This document shows positions 52,087 through 61,948 of a stretch of 61,948 nucleotides of DNA, one piece after another. Source of the stretch: Cercozoa sp. M6MM (lineage: Eukaryota > Protista > Endomyxa: Ascetosporea). The notes under the pieces were generated by a model that had not been told where the DNA came from, searched no databases, and saw only the letters and a list, made by a program, of their open reading frames with translations. The stretch lies in assembly GCA_040357565.1 (NCBI GenBank), contig JBDODJ010000064.1; one strand, given 5' to 3'. A program made the translations under genes and the position numbers. Positions within the stretch are counted from its first letter, which is position 1, and each line of letters starts with the position of its first letter.

Positions 52087-54761
52087 TTAAGTAACGTTAA
52101 GTCGCTGCTGTGCGCGCGCTCGTTCTCCAAGCACTTCTTGGTCATGCTTGCGAATTTTAGCGACAAGAGCGCGGTCGGCCGCTGCCTCGGCAGCGTAGAA
52201 CTGACTGGCCTCTAGCTGCTCGCGCAAGGCACGCTCGTGAGCTATCCTCCGCGCTTCGTCACGCGCTGCCTGCAACCGTTGCTTGTGCTCTTTGCGAGAA
52301 ATATCAAGCTCTCGTGCCTCTTTGTGTCGTTGCCTTTCCTCTTCTTGCGCTTTCGCGAGCTCGGCAGCGATTCGTTTGTCGGTAAGAGCAAGATCGCGCT
52401 GTACACGCTCGAGATGATTTTGCTGGTTAAGCTCGTTCTGTTTGGCAACTTCGCGAGCACGCCGAATGCTGTCGGCGAGTTGAAGCGCCGCGAGTCGCTG
52501 CTGTCGTTTCTTCTGTTTCTCCAAAATAGCAGCACGTTCCTTGTGTTGGTCAAGTCGTTGTTGGTATCTTTGCCTCTTCTTTAGTTGTTTCTTGCGCTTC
52601 TCCTGTCTCCGCGAATCATTTAGTCGACTCCTTTCTTCGCGACGTTTCAGTACTGCCTTCCATCGACGAGCGATGTCCGCTGCCTTTTCGGAGCGTCTTT
52701 GTGTTATGTCTTGGTGCAATTGCTCCAGGTTTTCGCGCTCAAACTGACGGATCTGTGTCAGGCGTTCGCGAAGTTCATAGATCGACATCTCTTCCAACAG
52801 ACCCAATCCGGAACCTACACTCCAAGAACGATTGATTAACGGTATTGTCAAAATGTAAAAATACAACTGAATTGCGCAACTCACTCTCGGTGGGATCAAA
52901 CAAACGTGGCTCTCTCGCACGCGCCGCTGCTGCGGCGTTCTCGACTTGACGAACGGCAACAGCGTCGCGAAGTTCCAGCATCTCTTGTTCTCGGCGACGC
53001 TTCAGCTCTGCCAACAGCTGTGCTTTTTCTTGGCGAAATGCATCTGCTGTCTCTGCTTTGGTATCCTCAAGTTGTCGTTTTGCTTCCTTGGTGTTTGCCT
53101 TTAGGCTCTCAGCCAGTCGGTTGGCTGCTGCTTTCTTCTCCTCGAGTTCGCGCTGCTGGAGTCTATGTTGTTTTTCTTTGAGTTGCTGCGCTTGCTGGCG
53201 CATCCGTCGCGCTTCTTCGGTCGCCAGCTGATGCACTTCTTCAGCCCGCTGTTTGGCACGCATGTGCGACGCTTCGATCTCTTTCTTGAGGTCGTCGACT
53301 GCCTGAGCGGCCTTCTGCTCCTCTTCTAGTTCTTGGCGTCGCTTCCACTCAATGAAATCGCTTTCGTCCAAGAGATTCGTCTCGTATTCGCGGATTACTG
53401 CAGCCTGACGGCGTTGGAGTTCGCGCAATCGCGCATCTTCAAGCATAACCGAAGCTTGAGTCATTTTGACATCCGAAACAGAGGTCCCCGTTGTCTTGAC
53501 GGGCGGTTGTTTTTCAGGCGGCTGCAACGCAGCAAGGACGTTCTCTTCAATCTCAGCTTTGATAGCTTCGAGGCGAAAAGGTCGTTGCTCTGTTTTTAGG
53601 TGGAACTTGCCCTGGCCTTTCTGTTCGAACAGCTCGTATTTCTTTTTTGTTCGTTGAGCAACGTCGTGCTTGCGGCGAAGCTTTTGTGCCTGAATTTTCT
53701 CCAACGACATAACTTCGGTCGAATTCGACTTTGGGACGGGTTTCGGCGGCTCAAGTTCGCGAGCACTCGCCAAAGATGGACTCGACCGCATTGCAGCTTC
53801 CTTCGCCTTCGCCCTCGATAGATTGAATGGCACTGCAACGGTGGGTTCGGATTGTTTCGCAGCGCGTCCTACTTCGATCCTTTCGGCGGAGCTTCGACTC
53901 TCTTTGAGTGCTTCGACGAGCTGCGCTGCTTCTGCGAGGTCGGCCAAAAGCTGCCGAGCCGGTACTTCTAGCTTCTTTAGCGTGGCATCAATGACCGAGT
54001 CGACATGCTTTAAGTCAAGAAACACGGCGAGTTGATCGACAAGCCACTCTCCCGCGGCTTTCTCCGACGTGGGATCTGTCAAAGAGTACCGTCGCGACGC
54101 AAAAAAGGCAAAGTTGAGCACGTGAAACGTGGTCGTCGGCTCAAGCTCGCAAGCGAGCCAGCGGAACTCTTTCCATGTCATCCAACCTCGCGGCAGAGCA
54201 AACAACAGCAACCACAGCACCGATTCGTAGAAAACGGTCATATTTCGGTTCGCTTTCTCTGGCCACCGAGCTGCCCAAGATGGCACAGTCCTACTATATC
54301 TCTGAAGTAGATACCAAAACAGTTCCATTGTACAATACCAAAGAGTCCTTCCACTATATGAGCAAGGAGTTGTTCGCGACGAAGGAGACCGTAGAAAACC
54401 TCTCGGATGAACACCGTGGCTGCCAGGGTTTCTGGGTTATCACCTTTCAATGAATCATCTTTCAGCTGCGCGACATAGTTGAGGGTCGTTCCCTTCTCTT
54501 CAGCTCGAAGCAAGCGCTGCGCCTCGTTCTTCAAGGCTTCTTGTGGCAGATTGTTTTTAGCGAGCCATTGCTCCAGGTGTGTATGCGGTGTTATCCCCCG
54601 TGCGTACTACAACAATCAGTTGCATCAGAGACAGGGTTTTCAAGAGCTCCGTCAATCAATTTTACCTTGTAACTCTTGAAAACTTGCTCGACAGTGTCCA
54701 AGAGCTTCGCTCCCGGCCAACCCCACGGCGAATGCTTCGCGTCTGCTGTCGTTTGTGACAT
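52087..54761 (-). CDS. CFAP99: Cilia- and flagella-associated protein 99
   Basis: VFIREVFYGL; EPTVAVPFNLS; PKPVPKS; KMTQASVMLED; LLDESDFIEWK; LFDPTE...GLGLLEEMSIYELRERL, followed by long charged coiled coils. Confidence 0.85.
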
Positions 54762-54915
54762 GCCTCACTCGACTAGCTGCACGTAGGTGCATGTTTAATT
54801 CGCCATTCCTGACCCCGGAGAAACGCTCTAACCGGGTGCGCACTTTCGCAAAAACCAAAATTCAATGGCGGGGTTCGAGTCATTGAAATCTATTCGCTTC
54901 ACTTGGCACTACCTC

Positions 54916-56546
54916 ATGATGCGTGCGCTACTCTCTCTCTTTGTCTCCGCTGCTACCGCGCAGTTGGACCAATATTTTATGCCAGCTCCGGGCGTCATCC
55001 CAGTATCAGGTGCGTCTCACTGCCCCCCCCCCACCCTTTTTACCCCATACCTCCTGCACACACACTTTCAAATAAAATACAATTTACATGTACTTATTTT
55101 TTACACCTTATGGACAGAAGTTAACAACTTTGAAATGGATGCACTGGACGCTCGCTTGTAAACTCTCACTCAAAGTGCAAGGCTATGCCCTGGCAGGATA
55201 ACCCCTTGGTGTGTTTCATTGGCAGAAGATCAGATGAGATGGCACTTACGGTACCCCTTGCCAGTTGTACCCCCGTATCGCCACAATATCCTAGTTGTAC
55301 CCGCACCTATCGATTGTTCTCGCATAAAACCTTGCAGTTCGACGACGGTCCAGACACCCTCACTAACGAGACCTTGAACCTCCTAAATGCTTACGGTGTG
55401 CGAGCAACATTCTTTGTGCTCGGTCAAAAGACAGTGTACGAAAGCGGCGCCTTACAGCGTGCTGCACTGTCGGGACACGAAATAGGCGTACACACCTACA
55501 CGCACCCTGCAATGACGTAACTCCCAGGACCTTTCAGAGTTATACAACCCTCTCTCACTTTGCATACAGAACGCTGCCTGCTTGGGACCAAGAGATCGAA
55601 CTGAACTCCACCATCGCAGCAATCCAGAACGTGCTGCCGGGATACACACCGCGTTACTTCCGTCCACCCTACGGAGACACCAACGAACAGTTGATGCAGC
55701 TGGCCCTGCAGAAATGTAACCTGTCACAGGCTCTTTGGTCGATCGACACGCTCGATTGGGACACCACGCGCAGTAGTGACGACATCGCCGCGGATTTGCT
55801 GCGGGCTAAAGGACACGTAGTCCTCATGCACGACGGCTTGTTCAACACGCCCGAAACAGTGTACTCTTTACATACCTACCTAAGTTAGAAACAGATACGG
55901 TACCTGACGGTTTACTGACCTGCAGAAAAGCACTCCAAAAGGCGCTGCCTAAGCTGATTGCCAGTGGGATACGGTACCCTACTTCTTCAAAGTGCCTGAA
56001 AATTGTACTTAATCTAATAACGTGGATATGTGTCAGATTCCGCACACTCAGCGAGCTAGACATGCGCGAAAACAGTTACGATGTGGACGCACTCTACCCA
56101 CCTCCAAAGTAACATACCATACCATTCCTACCGCAACCGTCATCCTTAACGTGCTGCTATGCTTTCCGTATTTAGACTGGTGAGTCGCCAAACTTGTGCC
56201 CCATTAAGTAACAACACCTCCAACTCCAACGAAAGTCTGGTACTGTGTCGATGTTCTTTCCTTTCCCACTTCCAGCTCAATTAATGTTTGCGTTTCACGC
56301 AGGCAGTCCTTCAGGCCCGTATCGCGTCCTTGCAGGCGCAGCTCGCTACGGTAGGCCCCTCGTTGTTCTTAATTCCAGTTATTGCGAGTATTGTTTTCTG
56401 TATCACTGCGTGCATCATATGCGTAGCGCGATGAGCTCATTCAAAGGTTCCGCGACGCGCTTGCCTACGTCGGCGACTTTGCCACCAACGCCTCGTCGCT
56501 CACGTTTCACGCCGCCAACAACACCTCGACCACGCTGCCACCGTGA
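54916..56546 (+). CDS. Secreted CE4/NodB polysaccharide (chitin/peptidoglycan) deacetylase
   Basis: Signal peptide MMRALLSLFVSAATA; all five CE4 motifs: ALT-FDDGP, HTYTH, YFRPPYG, DTLDW, VVLMHD; short coiled C-terminal extension (end less certain). Confidence 0.93.
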
Positions 56547-56714
56547 CTCCTGTACCACCTGTTGTGTACTGTCAGACCACAATACGAAAAGTACAACTCA
56601 GATACAACAGATATGGCGAACATTCCATTCCGCCTGCAGCAGGCCGTCGCGTTACGTTAGATTCGATTCAAATTCAGCGCGGAAATTGCATTCGGTTTAG
56701 TTACAGTATCCAAT

Positions 56715-57178
56715 CATACACTGCCGTGTAAATCGGCAAGCGAAGTAACTGTAAGGGTTGAATTCCTGTTCTCTGTAGAGCAGAAGAACCTACCGTACGT
56801 ACGGTAAACGAAAGTCTCAAAGCTGATGGTCAGAATCAGCACTATCGTATTATTTATTTCCCAGTTTCGCGGGTACTGTGCACCAAGCTACTTGGCGCCG
56901 GTCGAGCTCAGCGTCTGCCCAAGACATTCCAAACACCGGGAAACGAGAGAAGGAGAGAGCAAAGCAGAAGGTACCGAAGGCACGCGCATGGACTGGCCCA
57001 TCGAGATGGCCTGTGCCGACTCGTCCACGTCGAGGCCGGGGAACATTTCCTACGGAGAGCACAGGTCTCTACCCAAGAGAAAGATATATAGAAAGAGAAA
57101 GGGGTGAGACACACCAGAATGAGAGCGTCCAACACGACGAATCCAATGTGTCGCACCAGGCTAAACCAAGAAACGACA

Positions 57179-57241
<63 letters not shown>

Positions 57242-57251
57242 NNNNNNNNNN

Positions 57252-57300
<49 letters not shown>

Positions 57301-60300
57301 GACACACAATGACACACAATGACACACAATGAAGAAAGAAACACACGGCTCCATCTGCAAGAAACGGAAGATTTTGAGCACGCGATTGCGCGTGTAGTTC
57401 TTGCCGAGCACACGCGCCAATCCAGCTGAAACAAGTGCTCTCATAAACTAAACTGTATCATCTGTATGTAAACAAAACGCTACCAGGAATCATCGTAATA
57501 ATGGCCTTTTCCGCTTCGTTTCGCGCACGTTCCTGTTCCTCACTATCCCAAAAAACAGACGTAGTGTCCATTTGGACCATTTGGTTGAGAACACGTACAG
57601 TGAAGGCGCCTGTCCGGACACGAGCGACCACTCGCCCGTTGGAGACGCCCACAGCAGTTCTACCAAGGACAGAGTGCGTACAAACGTACAGTAGAAATGG
57701 ACGAGAGAGGGAAATACCGCGAACCCAATCGATCAAGGAGACAATGGCACTCACGTCAGTCGCCGCCGACACGGCCGATTCGACACCTGTCCACATCGTT
57801 AACACAACGGTACAGATAGACTGAGGCGTGGTACAAGTATTAATTGTACCGCGTTGGATCCAGCCGTCCAAAGAGAATTCCATCATCGACGTAACCAACT
57901 TGCCAGCATCTAAATCAACCAAGTGCATGTTGGAAGGGGGGGGGGGGGATAAAGAGGTATAACAAGATACGGTTGCGCAATGTGCCCTTCTTTTCGAGCG
58001 AGAAGATTTCGTTCAGCAACTGGTACACTGGCTCAGTCAACTACACACAAACAAAAACTCTGATTCGCATAAACAACATTCAGACAGAAGGTCGCACCTT
58101 GCGGTACTGCGCGAAACGTCGCTCTTCAAACTCCGAGTCCAGCGAGTCTGTTTAAAGTGAACTTCGGTCCGTATGGACACATAACATGCGTCCAAAGATA
58201 CCATGTGTATCATCGACATCGTCCTCACTGTCGGTGACCACGATATCTTCGTCCTCCAGATGGTCGCTACTCACGCCAGTGGTCGCAGAGAATCATCAAT
58301 TTACAGAAAGAAAAAAGTTTACGAATTCGTGGCTGTCGACGCAGAACGACGGAAAGGTAGAATTCGCTTCAAAACGCCGCTGAAGCAAGTTTTTTCATAT
58401 TTTTTCATATTTCAAAAGCACGAAACCTGGTAATTTTCTGAGTACCCATCTGCGGCTTCTGCCGCGCCAATCTACTCAAACCCGCCAAGAAAATCAAAAT
58501 ACAACAGAGCACATATGCAGTGAGTCAAAAGATACGTCCTCAGGCGCCAGATGCGACGGTCGAATGAACAAGCGGAACTCATCGCAGGTCCTACAGAGGA
58601 CACTCGACTTCGTACGATACCCAAACGAGCCGACGCGTGATACCTCACGTCTCGACGAATGACCAGATCGTCCTGTTAAAAAGGCGCACATGCTATAACT
58701 TGGAACGAACAAAGTGTTCTCAAAGCAGTAAATACCAGATATCGCTGAAGCTTCTGCTTTCGAAATTCAATCAGTTCCGGCTTGAGATTGTTCAGCAACT
58801 GCTTTGGCGGAAGCGACGCGTCCAACTGCGTCATTGTTCGCTTCAGCACTACAGAAACAGCGTGAAAACAGCAAATGTTTCGAAAAAAAAGCTTGCACAC
58901 CCTTGTGCAGTGCTTCGAAATCGGAGAAGCGCTTCGTCACTGTCCAGCAGTACTTCCAGTGATGCACATCGACCACGTAAACCACATGAGGTCGCTTGCG
59001 CGCGTCGAATCTGCAAGAAACAGATACATTCGTGCGCACAAGAGTTTTAAAAAGTCCCAAACACCGAATCGACGCCAACTTAATTCTTGCGCGCGGTGGG
59101 TCATCCTGAAAATACAAAAATCAAGTGGTCAAAAAGATAAAACCAAGTGGAACCGTGCCAGACTACCTCAAAGTCGATAGCTTGTGCTGGGATCTTCTCA
59201 TCACTGCGCTCGTCGGGTTTTGCAACTTTTTCCGCGATTTTGCCGTGTTTGCGCCGATCATCTTCACGTGGCTTTTCGGTCTTCTTTCGCTGCAATGCAA
59301 ACATGCTTCATTTTTCAAAGTATCATAGCAAAGGTTATACCGTGTTTGTTCGGGCGTACATTTGCCATCTGCTCACCAAAAACAGGGTTTGTTTTATTGA
59401 ACAAACAGCGCGATAAAATCTTAATGCACTGCAAATCCACGCGTCGCTTGAGTCGCTCGAAAGCGCGAATTTTGCTCGCTCGTTCGTCGCTCGGACACTC
59501 GACTTCTTTGCGTTGTTCCTCCTGCAAACCCAAATGACAGTGAGTTCTAACTAACAAAACAGACAACACACGTTGTACCAGCAGGTAGGCATGGAAGGCA
59601 TCCGACGCGTTCTCAAGTGACTTGCTTTCTTCCTTGCTGGGGGTGGACGTAGCAAGTCAAAAAAATGGTGAACCTGTGCAACATAGTACACAGGTGACGC
59701 CGCCGCACCGCCGATTCCGCAATTGATCTAAGCAAACAAGACGACATGTAGAAACAGCGAAGAGCAAGTCAATACACGTAGGTACCCAGTACGGCGTCAC
59801 AAAGCCCATAACCGGGCAAAGAATCTACGAAGTCAACACATAAAGAGGAATATAAAGAAAATTAAGAATCACGTACCGAGTTTGCAAGCACTTCGCGAAG
59901 CAACACGCGCGTCGCGGCGCAGTGCAGATCCTTCGGCAGCAAGATTCGCGTCGTCAAGGCAGCGCACAGTTTGCTGCAGCACACAAACATACGTAGGTTT
60001 GACTGGAACAATGTCGCTTGACAAAGTTGATGGACAAAGCAACTCTTACCGCAGATAATTGAGGTCCGCGCGCGCCTCGGGTTTCGTTGCGACGTGCAGA
60101 TTGTGCGTGCGCAAGATTTGGTCCTATTGGACAGACAAATATGCAGAACAAACAGCAGACCGTGTGCAATAGTTACGAGCACGAGCTTGTCCTGCTCGGA
60201 CTGCGAGAACTCGGCGAATCGCGAGATTTTCTTGTGCCGTTCGCGCTTAGAGAAAAAGGGATCAGTTGAGAACATTGAGTCAGTTTTTCTATCAATTGTT

Positions 60301-61880
60301 AAACACACTTCAGTGAGACGGTACAGTCGCATCATGTGCGTCAACACTGGCACAACATGGTCACTCACGAATGAGGTCCAGTCTGCGCAAGTACAGGAAC
60401 TGTAAGAACACATGAGTGCACGAGTGGAGTACACGAGTGTACCGACAGTTTGAGCACGTTTCGCGAACACTACAGACAGGGGAAGGTTGCACAAAGGATG
60501 CACAACGGTTGCACACAGCCTCTGCGAAGGCTCTGCAGAGAAAGGAAGCAGAGAGTACCGCACAAAGCGTGGTCCAGCGCTTTGCGCACCTCATCGGCGA
60601 ATTCGCGATCGTCGTCGCTCACGTTGACAAACCAGTTGTCGATGAAGTCGCGGATCACGAGTTCGCCTACACAGCGCATGGGCATTCGCAGAACATTCCA
60701 GGAACCAAACAAGAACAGACAGGAACCCCAGAAAGGAACAAACAAGCCAAAAGCAGCACAAAAGCAACGCACCGAGCGTCCACAGCGAGACAAACACCTC
60801 GCGCGGAACGTTGCTCACTAACTCGCCAATGACGATTTCGCTCTCCAATTCGCTCAACTCGTCGTTCACCGGCTCCTTTAAACAAAAAATTGTGTCCGCG
60901 CGGAAGCAAAAAATACTGCGAAGCAAATAAATCCTACCACATCAGGTTCTGGTTTGCGACTGCAGCCCGGTTCCTTTCTCTACATACATTGTCACTCTCA
61001 GCCGTCTACATCACCCTTACCGCAAAGTCAAGTCAGTAATCGCACCTTGGAGAAACGGAGAAAAACGCCGCGTTGTCGCAGCGCATCGACCTAGCGTGCA
61101 GTAAAAATTGCTGAAACTACTCGAGAGCCAAGAGTGCCAGGAAGTATACCTGCGATCGACGCATGGTTACTTCACGGTCGAGCGCGAGTTTCCGCGAGTA
61201 GAACGCCAGACCTCCTGCGAAGCAACAAGTCGCACAAGTCGCACAAGCTTCGCACCAAGTGCACCTTACCGACGAGTACGGCTCCGAGAGGCACAAGCAC
61301 CAACATCATCACTAGTCGATTGAACAGCAGAATCGACAAGAGCCACCACAGTGCCCAAAAGACGCTGGACAGCGCCGATGATAACAACATTGCCTTGTTG
61401 TGCACGCAAAAAAGTTATCTTTTAAACTTGGGCACCGTGGCCACCTATTTTGAGGCAGCCACGCGCAGCTTACACCTCCCACAACACTAAGACTGCCTTG
61501 TGAACTCAAAATACTGCTTGGTGGCCACATTTTGATTCTGTACAAAAACCGGACAATAGCCGCTGAGAAAACCACGCCACGGCAACTTGCGCGCGTGCCC
61601 TGATACGTGTCCAGTGTTATTAATTATTCTTTGGCACATTTAGAGGTGTGTTGGTTGACAGAGTGTGAATATCGTAACAGTATTCTTGAACTTTTGTTTC
61701 CAGAACGCAATGTCCAACGTCAGCGACAACATGGTCGGCAGCCGTCCAGGCCACGTACTGCTTCACTTTGGTAATGAGCTTGATTTGAATGGTACGATGT
61801 TGCACAGATCGACCAGGCGGACTGGGACGCCATGCAGTCGCAGCTGGGCCAACTCGGCCCCGAGACTGAGCGACAGGTCT
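56715..61880 (-). CDS. PXA-PX-PXC sorting nexin (SNX13/14/19/25, Mdm1-like) with N-terminal TM segments; both ends uncertain, may start beyond the window
   Basis: TM WWLLSILLF...LVLVPLGAVLV; PXA LVIRDFIDNWF..SDDDREF..EVR and LLREVLANS; PX HVVYVVDV...WTVTKRFSDFEALH, LPPKQLL...IEFRKQKLQRYL; PXC LARVLGKNYT...IFRFLQ...EMFP. Confidence 0.85.
57180..57330. repeat. (CA)n microsatellite with a 10-N gap, followed by (ACACAATGAC)-type units; intronic
   Basis: Directly visible. Confidence 0.95.
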
Positions 61881-61887
61881 GTTCTTC

Positions 61888-61891
<4 letters not shown>

Positions 61892-61948
<57 letters not shown>
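61892..61948. repeat. (GT)n microsatellite at the window/contig end
   Basis: Directly visible. Confidence 0.97.

Overview
Compact, gene-dense, intron-rich eukaryotic nuclear DNA in the standard genetic code. Introns are short GT-AG, mostly about 40-80 nt, often starting GTA/GTAC. DRC12/CCDC153 and CFAP99 homologues suggest a flagellated unicellular eukaryote; I cannot assign the lineage from the sequence alone. Manual splicing gives about 18 genes: GPAT3/4/9-like acyltransferase, DRC12, RPLP2, divergent FIBP, DNAJC3, a giant receptor, ATG101, an FN3-like single-pass surface protein, a multi-TM RING-H2 E3 ligase, a DH-PH RhoGEF with an acidic repeat, ZSWIM7, PIGO, an unknown acidic protein, an MFS transporter, a cold-shock-domain protein, a Cid1/TUT7-like TUTase, CFAP99, a CE4 polysaccharide deacetylase and a PXA-PX-PXC sorting nexin. 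Three things stand out. (1) A roughly 3,000-aa receptor made of a signal peptide, four copies of an unrecognised ~420-550-aa Cys-containing module, a REJ-like region, an intact GPS autoproteolysis motif and a 7TM bundle that resembles TOM1/GPR137 rather than secretin-like GPCRs. (2) Short intergenic/3' regions that repeatedly fold into dense RNA structures on one strand, including a ~360-nt element with five AGUU-capped hairpins and an ~800-nt hairpin array. (3) A 745-bp segment bounded by 25-bp inverted repeats with a possible 3-bp target duplication. All family calls are motif recognition by eye, no searches were run, and exon boundaries are manual.
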